Source: Desulfobacterales bacterium (GTDB taxonomy: Bacteria > Desulfobacterota > Desulfobacteria > Desulfobacterales > UBA5852). From it: DNA of 64,000 nucleotides. The position numbers and the translations under genes were made by a program. How positions within the stretch are numbered: the first letter of the stretch is position 1; each line of letters opens with the position of its first letter. Positions 28,978-39,014 of the stretch are shown here, one piece after another. The notes below the pieces were generated by a model. The model had not been told where the DNA came from. It saw nothing but the letters and a program-made list of their open reading frames with translations, and made no database searches. The stretch spans positions 192,001 to 256,000 of the forward strand of contig CAXXVS010000003.1 of the NCBI GenBank assembly GCA_963674755.2. The letters are read 5' to 3'.

Positions 28978-29009
28978 CCGCGGCGCTGTCACCGCAACCG
29001 CGGTCATTT
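28975..29009 (+). terminator. Putative intrinsic terminator
   Basis: TGACCGCGG...CCGCGGTCA 9-bp inverted repeat followed by TTT at the stop codon. Confidence 0.4.
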
Positions 29010-29181
29010 CCTGGACACGGTGGTCCATCGGGCCTCTCATCCGCGGCTAGGAAATGATGCCTTGGATGCGTATATCGATAAGATTTTTGCAGCTCCCGCC
29101 CTAAAAGCACAAGAATCGGTATGACATGCGAAAAGGCGGCATTATATTACCGTCATTCGCTATTGGAGGTGGAGGAAGAAA

Positions 29182-29466
29182 ATGGCAAACCAGGCCTGCA
29201 ACAATACCTACTACCCGGAACGGCGCTGTTGCTTGCGGACCCCATACCGTACCCCGGTACGCTATTCCAATGCCTTGTTGAACGGTTCCGGATTCGTGAA
29301 AGATATCAGCTCCTACGGCATGTTTATGGAAACCCTGGTCCCCCCCGACGTCGGGGATCAGATCCGCATCGCTTTCCAGCTGCGCAATTCCAGACACGCC
29401 ATGGATATCGAGGGGGAGATTGCCCGCAGGGCGCAATCCGGTGTCGGCGTCAAATTTTTATGGTGA
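29182..29466 (+). CDS. Stand-alone PilZ domain protein
   Basis: ERRCCLR (RxxxR), DISSYG (DxSxxG), GVGVKF; GGAGG RBS. Confidence 0.85.
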   Translation: MANQACNNTYYPERRCCLRTPYRTPVRYSNALLNGSGFVKDISSYGMFMETLVPPDVGDQIRIAFQLRNSRHAMDIEGEIARRAQSGVGVKFLW

Positions 29467-29496
29467 TCGTCTTGGATAGGCGCTATCGAACAGGAT

Positions 29497-29691
29497 TTGC
29501 CCTCCCCTGAACAGGGACGACGACGGGACTGTATCATGACCTTTGAATCCTTGCGGAATGTCATCGATTTCCAGGGTGAAAACTATCAGCGTTGCTATGT
29601 GCCCACGGCTGCGCAGCAGATCCTTAAACGGTGGGATCAGGAGTCAACGCATTACGAGCTGATCGAAACAAGAACGTATAAAAACAGCTAA
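29497..29691 (+). pseudogene. C-terminal fragment of an antibiotic biosynthesis monooxygenase-like protein
   Basis: IMTFESL..V..FQGENYQRCYVP..AQQILKRWD..STHYE is the C-terminal half of this family; no N-terminal half or good start. Confidence 0.5.
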
Positions 29692-29783
29692 TCCATCAAC
29701 TGCGTTTTTCCGCCCTGCGCCATAAGGGTCCGGCAATCCCTTCGCCATCCAGCCAATGCTGAGCGACACGAATCCGCAGCTTG

Positions 29784-30482
29784 CTAGTGGTATCCGATCC
29801 CCGGATAGAGCAACGACACAAAAAAACAGTGCGCCGGACTGAACATAAAATCCAGGAGCTTCCAGGCCACAAAAATCCCCACGAACCCGAAGGGTCCGCT
29901 GTGGATGAAATCCATGTAGGCCACCGCCTTTTCCTCACTCAGGACGAGCGGAATGATGCCGCTGCCGTCCAGAGGCGGCAGGGGAATGAGGTTAAACACG
30001 AACAGCAGCAGGTTCAGGGAAAACAGAATGCTCAAAAGGGTAGCCACGCCGGTCAGGACGCCATCCTGTCGGGCGGCGACCATGTGGGAGGACGAAATCC
30101 AGTCAGGGGCGTAAAACAGGCCCAGGGCGATGCCCAGGTGAATCAGCACGGCCACCGCCACGATCACTACAAGATTGGCCAAGGGGCCGGCCAGCGCCAT
30201 CAGGGCCGAGCGCTGGGGGTAGGTGCGCGCCCACAGCGGATCGTAGGGCGCGCTGGCCCATCCGATCATCCATCCTCCTGCCAAAAAGGAGAGCAGCGGC
30301 ACCACCACCGTTCCCAGGGGCTCCCGCTTGATGTGGGGAAGGGGATCGAGGGTGACCTGGCCCCCGTCGTAGGCCGTCGGATCGCCCAGTTTCATAGCGG
30401 CATAGGCATGCGAGGCTTCATGTACGACCACCGAAAAGAGAAATGCCAGATACCATAAAAAGCCTTCCGAAAGATTGGGCAT
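29784..30482 (-). CDS. Site-2 protease (M50) family membrane metalloprotease
   Basis: HEASH, GDPT, AGPLAN, NLIPLPPLDG. Confidence 0.92.
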   Translation of the reverse strand: MPNLSEGFLWYLAFLFSVVVHEASHAYAAMKLGDPTAYDGGQVTLDPLPHIKREPLGTVVVPLLSFLAGGWMIGWASAPYDPLWARTYPQRSALMALAGPLANLVVIVAVAVLIHLGIALGLFYAPDWISSSHMVAARQDGVLTGVATLLSILFSLNLLLFVFNLIPLPPLDGSGIIPLVLSEEKAVAYMDFIHSGPFGFVGIFVAWKLLDFMFSPAHCFFVSLLYPGIGYH

Positions 30483-30499
30483 GTCAACCACCTCCGCTT

Positions 30500-31399
30500 T
30501 CAGGCGACAGGTCCGACCTTGCGCCGTTTGAAAATTTTGGAAAAGAATCCGGCCACGGCCAGAAAACCGATGATGATAAATTTCTTGAAGACCACCAGCA
30601 CCCCCCCCAGCTTGGCCAGAAGTCCGACTTTGGCGGCCACCTTACCACCGATCAGGGCCGCCAGACCGTAGGCCGCCACTTTATCGACACCGGGATCGAA
30701 ATCGCTGTAGCGATGGCCCTCTTTGAAATTGGTGAAACCGATCACCTGCTCCATGCCGTCCTCTACCAGCGGCAGCTGTTCCATATCGGCAACCGCATTG
30801 AGAACCAGGACGCCTTTCCGTCCCAAGATGCGCACGTTGTAGTTCAAGGTGTGCTGGGGGTTGTCCCCGAACCGGAGTTCCTTGGCCCAATAGAGCTTTT
30901 TGGCCTCGCTGTCGTAGTAGGGCGATGCGGCCCAGCCCACAATCGTTACCGGTTCGTACCCCTGCTCGGTACGGGCGTCATTGCCCTCCCGCGCCGAGGC
31001 CTGCATTGAAGCCAACAATTCATCGTAGTCGATCTGGCAGGCATCCTTGTCCGACACATAGCCGTCTTCCTCGTAGCTGATGACCACGGCCCAGCCGCTG
31101 CTGGTGAAAAGGTCTGTGTCGGTGGGCAGCAACATCCCGATCTGGCCGGACCCGTCCGGATTGCCCCAACCTTCCTCCAGAAAGCGTCGGCTGTCCTCAG
31201 GCCCGATATAGCGAAAGGTTTCCGGTACTTCCAGCATGGCCACCCCGTTGGGAAGGTCGACGCTTCCCGCTTTTAAATCGAAGCTGTCGAGAAAGTCTTG
31301 GGCGCTTTCGTAACGCTGCTCCGCTGATGGCGTTCCCCAGGCCGGCGCAACCAGAAGCAAAAGTAAGACAAGGATGGCTACAAACTGAAATCGTTTCAC
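30500..31399 (-). CDS. DUF2167 domain membrane protein
   Basis: Signal peptide; WGNP, GYVSDKD, LYWAKE, LNYNVRILGRKG, G.RY.DF, DKVAAYGL. Confidence 0.85.
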   Translation of the reverse strand: MKRFQFVAILVLLLLLVAPAWGTPSAEQRYESAQDFLDSFDLKAGSVDLPNGVAMLEVPETFRYIGPEDSRRFLEEGWGNPDGSGQIGMLLPTDTDLFTSSGWAVVISYEEDGYVSDKDACQIDYDELLASMQASAREGNDARTEQGYEPVTIVGWAASPYYDSEAKKLYWAKELRFGDNPQHTLNYNVRILGRKGVLVLNAVADMEQLPLVEDGMEQVIGFTNFKEGHRYSDFDPGVDKVAAYGLAALIGGKVAAKVGLLAKLGGVLVVFKKFIIIGFLAVAGFFSKIFKRRKVGPVA

Positions 31400-31840
31400 G
31401 ATATCCTCCGTTCCCTGAAGGTAAAAGGGGATCTGCCAACCCGAAGGTTAGGACCACAAATTGTATGTTCCGGGCGGCATCGCCGCAGCCATTGTGGTGA
31501 TAGGGGAGGTGAATTCCGGAATCGGAAGTGCAAGATTTAAACCATCTTGAGGACTTCAGCGCGCCACTATATCTTGTGCCTTTTGCTGAAAGGCGCACCA
31601 TATTAGGCGGGTAAACCTGCCGCAAATTGTCGATGATATTGACAAATGACGGCACCAGGGCGGCCGCCGACCCCTGAAAATTAGCCATGCGGCGCCTTCT
31701 CCTGCTGTTGACAGCATCGAACCGCGGTATAGCTTTCCTTCCAGGCGTTTGGCCGTTACCGGCCTGAAAGCCGCAGGCCGCTGACGCCTTAAGCGTCTAT
31801 ACCTTGTCAGATTCTTTCCCCATGGCTGAAAGGAGCGCCC

Positions 31841-32770
31841 ATGAATCCTTGGCCGGCGTTTGACCGTATTTCCGCCCAGGCGTTGAACAAGTGTCTGCAG
31901 CAGGCAAACGCGCCCCTTCTAGTGGATACCCTGAGCGACGACCATTTTAAGCAGGTGCACCTGCCCGGTGCCCAAAATGCCTGCGTATTCCAGGTGACCT
32001 TCCTGGACCGGATGACGGCGCTGGTGCCGGACAAGGAGGCCGCCATCGTGGTTTACGGTTCCCGTGCCGGAACCCTGGACGCCGAGTCCGCGGCCGGCAA
32101 GCTGCTGCGGGCCGGCTACACCCGGGTAGCGGTCCTGGAGGGCGGCCTGGCGGCCTGGCACGCAGCCGGCTATCCCCTGGAGGGCACAGCGCCTGACGAC
32201 CTTGCCGCGTCCCCTCATGCACCGGTTATCGACAAGCGGCGCTACACCGTGGATACGGCCAACAGCATCATCCATTGGGTGGGGCGCAACCCCAACACCC
32301 AGCACACCGGCAGTCTGCGCCTCTTCGAGGGGTTCCTGGATACGCGGGCGGAGGGTGTCAGCGGCCGGTTCGTCATCGACCTGGCCTCCATCAGGAACAC
32401 CAGCCTTGAGGGGGACCCGAATCAGCCCGTCCTGATCGCCCACCTGCTCTCGGACGACTTTTTCTGGATCGAGCGTTTCCCTACGGCCACCTTCAGGCTG
32501 GAAGGCCTCACCCCTATTGCCGAAGGCCATCTCACCACCCCCAATTTCACGGTGAGCGGCTCACTGGAAATGATGGGCCTGCGCGCGCCGTTGCAGTTCC
32601 CGGCCACGTTCACCACGTTGCCGGACCAGCGACTGGCCGCGGAAGCCCATTTCGACTTCGACCGCACCCGCTGGAACATTGTCTACGGTTCCAGCCGCTT
32701 TTTCGACCACCTGGGGATGCACCTGGTGTTCGACCTCATCAGCGTGCAGCTCAAGCTGCTGAGCCTGTAA
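31841..32770 (+). CDS. Rhodanese-like + YceI fusion protein
   Basis: HLPGA...LEGGLAAW rhodanese domain, then YTVDTANS.I.W, HL.SDDFF, FDRTRW YceI domain. Confidence 0.85.
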   Translation: MNPWPAFDRISAQALNKCLQQANAPLLVDTLSDDHFKQVHLPGAQNACVFQVTFLDRMTALVPDKEAAIVVYGSRAGTLDAESAAGKLLRAGYTRVAVLEGGLAAWHAAGYPLEGTAPDDLAASPHAPVIDKRRYTVDTANSIIHWVGRNPNTQHTGSLRLFEGFLDTRAEGVSGRFVIDLASIRNTSLEGDPNQPVLIAHLLSDDFFWIERFPTATFRLEGLTPIAEGHLTTPNFTVSGSLEMMGLRAPLQFPATFTTLPDQRLAAEAHFDFDRTRWNIVYGSSRFFDHLGMHLVFDLISVQLKLLSL

Positions 32771-32857
32771 AGGTTGCCAAGCCCCCTCTCGTGGCTATGT
32801 TGCCATGAAGCAGGGACAAGGTCCCTATTAACCTCAACCCACAACAAGGATAACACC

Positions 32858-32992
32858 ATGGAAAAACCATACGCACAGGACTACTTCAAAGACGACGACG
32901 AAGGTCATGCCGATACCCGCGAACAAAACTTCCGCTGCGAAAGCCCCGACCCCCATCTGGGATGCGATCCGGGAATCGACGTGGCGGGATGA
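32858..32992 (+). CDS. Putative small acidic protein (44 aa)
   Basis: AAGGA RBS; MEKPYAQDYFKDDDEGHADTREQNFRCESPDPHLGCDPGIDVAG. Confidence 0.45.
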   Translation: MEKPYAQDYFKDDDEGHADTREQNFRCESPDPHLGCDPGIDVAG

Positions 32993-33010
32993 AACCCCAG
33001 GAGGTGCCTT

Positions 33011-33103
33011 ATGATAGGAATTTTGCTGACCATCGCGATCCTTGGGTATTATATCAACAGCTGCATCAGCAGCGTTCATTCATATGCCGCCTGCAAGATC
33101 TGA
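33011..33103 (+). CDS. Putative small hydrophobic peptide (30 aa)
   Basis: Strong AGGAGGT RBS; MIGILLTIAILGYYINSCISSVHSYAACKI. Confidence 0.45.
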   Translation: MIGILLTIAILGYYINSCISSVHSYAACKI

Positions 33104-33198
33104 GACAGCCGCGCGGCAATTCTGCACCTATTAAACGACGGCCCCGTTGACCAGAACGAAAGGGCCTCCCACAAGCTGACCCGGAAATGAAAAACAGC

Positions 33199-33228
33199 GG
33201 CAGAGCCTCAAAGAGGCTCTGCCTTTTT
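33199..33228 (+). terminator. Intrinsic terminator
   Basis: GGCAGAGCCTC-AAA-GAGGCTCTGCC followed by TTTTT. Confidence 0.75.
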
Positions 33229-33368
33229 AGTGTTTGCTTCTGTATTTCTTCCCATTTCTCGTTTTCGACCCCGGAGTTGACCTCACGGATCATCTGTCAT
33301 AGGATCGCCTCTTTTTCATTTTCCGGCGGTGCCGGAACAGACCGCGATCAAACATGAGGAGGTAGTTC

Positions 33369-33938
33369 ATGGTAGCATCCAAGGTGGGCCCGCGGATGGC
33401 GAAGTACATGGCCCAGAACGACATTTCCATGGAAACCCTGGCCGAACGCACCGGCCTGTCCATCACCCTACTGACATCCATCCGGGATGACGAGGTCTAC
33501 CCTTCGCTGGGCCCCCTGGTGAAAATCGCCCGGGCTTTGGGCGTGCGGCTGGGCACCTTTCTCGACGACCAGGGCAGCGTCGATCCCCTGATCGTGCGCC
33601 GCAGCGACCGCCGCAGCGCGCTCTCCACCCTGCGGGCCAAGGACAAACCCATTGAAACCAAATTCTACTCCCTCGGGCGAGGCAAGACCGACCGTCACAT
33701 GGAGCCTTTCTTCGTAGAGCTGCTGCCCGAATCCGCGCAAGAAAAAGAGCTCTCCAGCCATGAAGGCGAGGAATTCATCGTCGTAATGGAAGGCCAGGTG
33801 GAAGTGGTCTACGGCAAGGAAACCCATCGGCTCGATGTGGGCGACAGCATCTACTACAACTCCATCGTGCCCCATCATGTGGGCTGCATCGACGAAACCC
33901 CTGCTGCCATCTATGCCGTCCTGTACATCCCTGAATAA
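33369..33938 (+). CDS. XRE-family HTH regulator with cupin domain
   Basis: [27 protein letters not shown]...[11 protein letters not shown] cupin. Confidence 0.92.
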   Translation: MVASKVGPRMAKYMAQNDISMETLAERTGLSITLLTSIRDDEVYPSLGPLVKIARALGVRLGTFLDDQGSVDPLIVRRSDRRSALSTLRAKDKPIETKFYSLGRGKTDRHMEPFFVELLPESAQEKELSSHEGEEFIVVMEGQVEVVYGKETHRLDVGDSIYYNSIVPHHVGCIDETPAAIYAVLYIPE

Positions 33939-33954
33939 CAGCCAAGAGGATCCG

Positions 33955-35607
33955 ATGACTGAACACGATCTGAAACAGGCCACCCTGGGCCTACTGCTCG
34001 ACCAGGCCATTGCCGCCCATCCCGACAACGATGCCGTCATCTATGTGGACCGCAATTTCCGCCTCACCTATCGCGAGTTCGGCGAGCTGGTGGACCGCCT
34101 GGCCAAGGGACTCATGGCCCTGGGCGTGGTCCGGGGCGAGAAAGTGGCCGTGTGGGCCACCAACGTGCCCTACTGGGTGGCCCTGCAATTCGCCACAGCC
34201 AAGATCGGCGCCATCCTGCTGACCGTCAACACCAACTACAAGAGCGCCGAACTGGACTACCTGCTGCGCCAATCGGAAACCGAAACCCTTTTCATCATCG
34301 ACGGTTTCCGGGACACCGACTACGTCCAGACCCTCTACGAACTCGTGCCGGAGCTCAAGGCCCAGGAGCGCGGCTATCTCAAGAGCGAGACCTATCCGCA
34401 CTTGAAGCGGGTGGCCTTCCTGGGGCCGGAAAAGCACCGGGGCATGTATGCCATGCCCGAGATTATGGCCCTGGGCGTCATGGTGGACGACGCCGACTAT
34501 CTTGCGCGTCAGGAGAGCCTCGATCCCCACGAGGTGGTCAACATGCAGTACACCTCGGGCACCACCGGGTTTCCCAAGGGGGTCATGCTGACCCACTACA
34601 ATATCGGCAACAACGGGTTTTGGATCGGCGAGAACCAGCACTTCACCCATAATGACCGGGTCTGCATTCCGGTGCCGCTCTTCCACTGCTTCGGCTGCGT
34701 CCTGGGCGTGCTGGCCGCTGTCAGCCATGCGGCCACCATGGTGCTGCTGGAAACCTTCGATCCGGTGGAAGTCATGGCCTCGGTGGAGGAGGAGCGCTGC
34801 ACCGCCCTCTACGGCGTGCCCACCATGTTCATCGCGGCGCTCCAGCACAAACTCTTCAGGAAATTCGACTTCTCATCGCTGCGCACCGGCATCATGGCCG
34901 GCTCGCCCTGTCCCATCGAAGTCATGCGCCAGGTGATCGACCAGATGAACATGTCCGAAATCACCATCTGCTACGGCCTCACCGAAGCCTCGCCCGTGAT
35001 CACCCAGACCCGCCCGGACGACGACATCCGCCTGCGGGTGGAATCCGTGGGCCGCGCCATGCCGGGCATCGAGGTCAGGATCGTCGATCCCGATACCGGC
35101 GCAATCCTGGGACCGGGCGAACAGGGTGAAGTCTGCTGCCGGGGCTACAACGTGATGAAGGGCTACTACAACATGCCCGAAGCCACGGCCGAGGCCATCG
35201 ACGCCGACGGCTGGCTGCACTCGGGGGACCTGGGCGTCATGGACGAAGACGGCTACCTGGCCATCACCGGCCGCCACAAGGACATGATCATCCGGGGCGG
35301 GGAAAACATCTACCCCCGGGAGATCGAAGAGTTCTTATATCGTATGGAAGGCATCGCCGACGTTCAGGTGGCGGGCGTGCCCAGCGAAAAGTACGGCGAA
35401 GAGGTGGGGGCTTTCGTTATCCTAAAGGAAGGCCAGGAGGCCTACCAGCCCGAGGACATCAAGGACTTCTGCCGGGGTCAGATCAGCCACTACAAGATCC
35501 CCAAGTACGTGGCCTTCGTGAAGGACTATCCCATGACGGCCAGCGGGAAGATTCAGAAGTATAAGCTGCGGGAGATGGCGGAGACGCTGTTCCCCGACCG
35601 AATATAG
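33955..35607 (+). CDS. AMP-binding acyl-CoA synthetase
   Basis: [50 protein letters not shown]. Confidence 0.95.
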   Translation: MTEHDLKQATLGLLLDQAIAAHPDNDAVIYVDRNFRLTYREFGELVDRLAKGLMALGVVRGEKVAVWATNVPYWVALQFATAKIGAILLTVNTNYKSAELDYLLRQSETETLFIIDGFRDTDYVQTLYELVPELKAQERGYLKSETYPHLKRVAFLGPEKHRGMYAMPEIMALGVMVDDADYLARQESLDPHEVVNMQYTSGTTGFPKGVMLTHYNIGNNGFWIGENQHFTHNDRVCIPVPLFHCFGCVLGVLAAVSHAATMVLLETFDPVEVMASVEEERCTALYGVPTMFIAALQHKLFRKFDFSSLRTGIMAGSPCPIEVMRQVIDQMNMSEITICYGLTEASPVITQTRPDDDIRLRVESVGRAMPGIEVRIVDPDTGAILGPGEQGEVCCRGYNVMKGYYNMPEATAEAIDADGWLHSGDLGVMDEDGYLAITGRHKDMIIRGGENIYPREIEEFLYRMEGIADVQVAGVPSEKYGEEVGAFVILKEGQEAYQPEDIKDFCRGQISHYKIPKYVAFVKDYPMTASGKIQKYKLREMAETLFPDRI

Positions 35608-35614
35608 AAGCCGG

Positions 35615-35743
35615 GCGGTTTCGCAAAAAACCCGATATCGGCGTTACGCGAATCTTTCGTCATTGCAGCGTACCTGGCGTACGCTTCACTCCTCAAGATT
35701 CGCAAGCCTTGATCTGGAGCCAAAATCCAATTTTTGAGGCCGC
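35615..35743 (-). repeat. Palindromic repeat element, reverse copy (diverged)
   Basis: On the minus strand GATCAAGG...AGCGTAC-N5-GTACGCT...AACGCCGATAT, the same motif order as the 10-kb repeat. Confidence 0.75.
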
Positions 35744-35755
35744 TTCTGAAAGCAA

Positions 35756-35879
35756 GACGGTTTCGTCAAATGTTCAAGGTCAAGGCGTGCAAGTTCTGAG
35801 GCGTGAGGCGTACATCAGGTACGCCGCAACAACGAAGAAGGCCGCACAACGCCGAGATTGAGCATTTGACGAAACCGTC
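35756..35879 (+). repeat. Palindromic repeat element, forward copy
   Basis: Perfect 17-bp TIR GACGGTTTCGTCAAATG/CATTTGACGAAACCGTC; TCAAGG; GGCGTAC-ATCAG-GTACGCC; AACGCC. Confidence 0.85.
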
Positions 35880-35883
35880 GGAT

Positions 35884-36051
35884 CTATCGATAGCGTTCCA
35901 CCAGCTTGTCACGCTCCTCGTCCGGCAAAGATCTCAAATATCCCTTCCAGCCGGGACACCAACCCGTGTGCCATTTCCAGAGGCGGCCCAGGATGGAGCG
36001 CGGGTTTTGGTCGTATTTGGCGCGGAATTGACATTTTTCGCATTTGGCCAT
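35884..36051 (-). CDS. Small Cys/Trp-rich protein (55 aa), absent from the ORF track
   Basis: GGGGAG RBS; MAKCEKCQFRAKYDQNPRSILGRLWKWHTGWCPGWKGYLRSLPDEERDKLVERYR. Confidence 0.7.
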   Translation of the reverse strand: MAKCEKCQFRAKYDQNPRSILGRLWKWHTGWCPGWKGYLRSLPDEERDKLVERYR

Positions 36052-36213
36052 GGTAACAAGACTCCCCGATATACGTTGGTTTTATGGCGAGACATCACCT
36101 TCCTGCCCCTGCCCCCTACCACCCCCATATTAGCTTTTTGATAGGAATGTCATCAACAGCCCAAAGTGGCGCCCGAATAGGACCCACCACCCCTTATGGT
36201 GCGGGGATGTCGA

Positions 36214-38718
36214 TCACCGCGGCCCGCTGCGGTTGATCTTCAGGATCACCAGCGTAATGTCGTCATCGGACTTGCGGCCGCGCGTGAAATTCATGACATC
36301 GCGGTAGACGGCATCGAGGATATCCCTGGCCGGGGCGCTGGCATGCCGGCGCAGCAGCTCCCGGAAACGCCTTTTGCCGTACATTTGCCCATCCTTGCTG
36401 AACGCCTCCCATATGCCGTCGGTTCCCACGGCCACCACCTGGCCATCTTTCAGCCCTTCTTTATGACTTTCCTCGAAAACATAGTTCGCATCAACACCCA
36501 GGACCATGCCTGGCCCGTCTAATTCCTCGAAGATATCCTGTTCCGGATCATACAGAAGCGCGGGGTCGTGGCCGGCCCGAACCCAGTGAAGGGCATCCCC
36601 GGCCGGATCGACCACCAGATAGAAAAGCGTCATGAAGCGGCCGCTGTCCAGTACGTCCTGGACCATCTGAACGTTCATGGCCGCTACGATTTCCGATACC
36701 GTGCCGGGTTGGGAAACCCGCATGTGTAAAAAGGCGCGGGCCGAGGACATGAGCAGGGCCGAGTCGACACCGTGTCCCGTAATGTCGCCGACCACGATGC
36801 CGAACGGCTCCTGGGGCGATTCACGACGCCAGAAGAAGTCAAAGTAATCGCCGCCGATCTCGTCGCAGGAGACATTCCGGCCGGCAACATCGAAGCCCGG
36901 GATGGCCGGGTCCTTCTGGGGCAGGAGGCTTTTCTGGACCTCGCCGGCCAGGGCCAGCGCCTTTTTGTGTTCGGTCATATCCGTTACAAGGGCCATATTG
37001 CCGATAACGGCCCCGGCATCGTCCTTCAGCCGGTTGCCGTGAATCAGGATGGGCACATGGCGGCCGTCCTTACGCACCAGTACGCTTTCGAGGCTGCGGT
37101 ATTCCGGTTCCAACAGCTTTTCCTGCCCCGCCAACAGGATCTGCCGGTATTCCTCCGTAGTGAAATCAAGCGGATTACGACCCAGCAGCTCCTCCCGCGT
37201 GTAACCCAGCAGACGGCAATAGGCCTCGTTGACGTCCACGATGGTGAGGTGCTCGTCCGTCAGGACAAAGCCCTCGCCGGCCGTTTCGACGATTCGGCGG
37301 TATTTTTCCTCGCTTTTGCGCAGGGCGGCGTCCTTTTGCAAAATTTCGAGCCGGGCTTCTTCCACCTCCCCGATGATGGTGCGGTGCATGGCGGCGTTGA
37401 GGTCCTTGAGCGCCTCGATCCGCTTACGGTAGGCCTCGGAGCGTTCCAATTTATGCTTCAGATAGGCATTCTCCGTGGCCAGCGCTTCCCGACCGGGCAA
37501 CGCCTGGGTTCCGACGGCAATAACGTCGGACGTGTCCGCGGCGGCCCCGGCTGAAAGGGGGGCGTCGTCCTTCTGACCCACCAGCAGCGTTACCAGGGTG
37601 GCACCGTGCAGCCGCGTGGGCTGGCGGCGTTCGAGGGGGGCGATTTCGCCAAAGCTGTAGAAACCGCCGATTGGCAGCCCCGGCGGGAGAACGTCGCGTA
37701 AAATCGCCAATTCCTCCGGGGTGCGCGTGCCCAGAATATCCTTGCGAAAGGCACACGAGAACGCCACGCCGAACCGTGGTTGAAAGGCAAGATCACGCGT
37801 CAGGGCTTCGGCGGTGCGACGGGTATCCTGTAATATGACGTCGCGGATCGCCTCTGTCAGTTGCACCACAGCGCCCTGGGGAACGGTTTCGGAGAAGGTA
37901 ATGCTGCCATCCGGATTGTAGGTGATGGGCGCCCGCAGGTAAGCCTGGGCCCCTTCGCCCTCGGACACCGCCAGGATGAACTCACGGGCCGGTTCGGTAT
38001 GTTCGCCCAGATAGTGCCGGTAGAAATCGACAGCCGTCATCGATCCGATGCGACCTACGGTGCGGCCTTGGGAGGCCGTGACGGTCGCCTTCTTCCCGAC
38101 CGGTTTCCAGCTGTTGGCAATGCCAAAAGCGTACTCGACGGGTCCGGCCCAGAGCAGCAGCGGCAACGCGTCTTCCAGGACTTCGTTGCGGTAAAACTGC
38201 TTGGCGTTCTGCTCTTCGGTCCACAGCATCCCGGCCGCCCCCCCGAAAACCGGGCAATCAAGTCCCAGCTCCTGGTTGAGGATCGTCAGGATGGGATCGA
38301 AATGCTTGTCGTAGCCGTCCGGAAAGGCCAGACCGAACTGCGGTTCGCCCGACAGCCTGTCGCGGGCCTGGGCCACGGCCGACCGGACTGCGTCCTCCGG
38401 CGCCTGCGTCAAATGGCGTCCGACACCGGCGCGGATCTCCACGTCATCGGATTGAAACAGCATCAGGGTGACGGCATCGTCGCTGAAGCCCAGGCGGGTG
38501 GCAAAATCGCCAGCGCTGGTGCAGCCCACCAGATCGAGATCCGGAAAGGCCTGCAGGATGCTGTCCAGCATCAACTGATGGTCAAAATGGACGGCCGCGA
38601 ACACGATCCCGGCGCCCGGCCTAACACCGCCAAGTTGGGCGCGGCATTGGGTCAGCACGTCCCGAACGACGTTCCGGGTGTCAATTCCTTCGGCCTGACC
38701 GATGGCAATCGTAATCAT
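36214..38718 (-). CDS. FIST-N/FIST-C - PAS - PP2C (SpoIIE/RsbU-type) phosphatase
   Basis: GCTSAG, FGGAAG, FSCAFR and GFYSFGEI (FIST); SEEKYRRIVE...PAS; IGGDYFD, GDITGHG, RAGH, TDG, DDIT (PP2C). Confidence 0.92.
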   Translation of the reverse strand: MITIAIGQAEGIDTRNVVRDVLTQCRAQLGGVRPGAGIVFAAVHFDHQLMLDSILQAFPDLDLVGCTSAGDFATRLGFSDDAVTLMLFQSDDVEIRAGVGRHLTQAPEDAVRSAVAQARDRLSGEPQFGLAFPDGYDKHFDPILTILNQELGLDCPVFGGAAGMLWTEEQNAKQFYRNEVLEDALPLLLWAGPVEYAFGIANSWKPVGKKATVTASQGRTVGRIGSMTAVDFYRHYLGEHTEPAREFILAVSEGEGAQAYLRAPITYNPDGSITFSETVPQGAVVQLTEAIRDVILQDTRRTAEALTRDLAFQPRFGVAFSCAFRKDILGTRTPEELAILRDVLPPGLPIGGFYSFGEIAPLERRQPTRLHGATLVTLLVGQKDDAPLSAGAAADTSDVIAVGTQALPGREALATENAYLKHKLERSEAYRKRIEALKDLNAAMHRTIIGEVEEARLEILQKDAALRKSEEKYRRIVETAGEGFVLTDEHLTIVDVNEAYCRLLGYTREELLGRNPLDFTTEEYRQILLAGQEKLLEPEYRSLESVLVRKDGRHVPILIHGNRLKDDAGAVIGNMALVTDMTEHKKALALAGEVQKSLLPQKDPAIPGFDVAGRNVSCDEIGGDYFDFFWRRESPQEPFGIVVGDITGHGVDSALLMSSARAFLHMRVSQPGTVSEIVAAMNVQMVQDVLDSGRFMTLFYLVVDPAGDALHWVRAGHDPALLYDPEQDIFEELDGPGMVLGVDANYVFEESHKEGLKDGQVVAVGTDGIWEAFSKDGQMYGKRRFRELLRRHASAPARDILDAVYRDVMNFTRGRKSDDDITLVILKINRSGPR

Positions 38719-39014
38719 GGGACGGTTCCTTGGGATTGGGAGGGCCACACCTTCGGCGGCGGCCGTCTCGGCAACGGACAGCGGCCGCCGCATCGGATAC
38801 CGAGCTGCTGTTGCACCAGGCCCCCTAAAGGGCTTAAAAACCAAAAATATTACTCGAATAGGGTAAGTCGTAGCGTCCTGCAAGTAAAGAGGCAGCCATC
38901 ACCACACCCCCATACTGGCATTTCGATAGCGATGTCGCCAGGAGCCCAAAACGGCACCATATTCAGCAGAATGTGTGATTATTAATCTATAGCGTTTCAA
39001 CCGGAGGAAATCCT

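Noticed and set aside
21169..29691. Integron cassette array
   Set aside because: No integrase and no convincing RYYYAAC...GTTRRRY attC hairpins; kept only as a low-interest finding.
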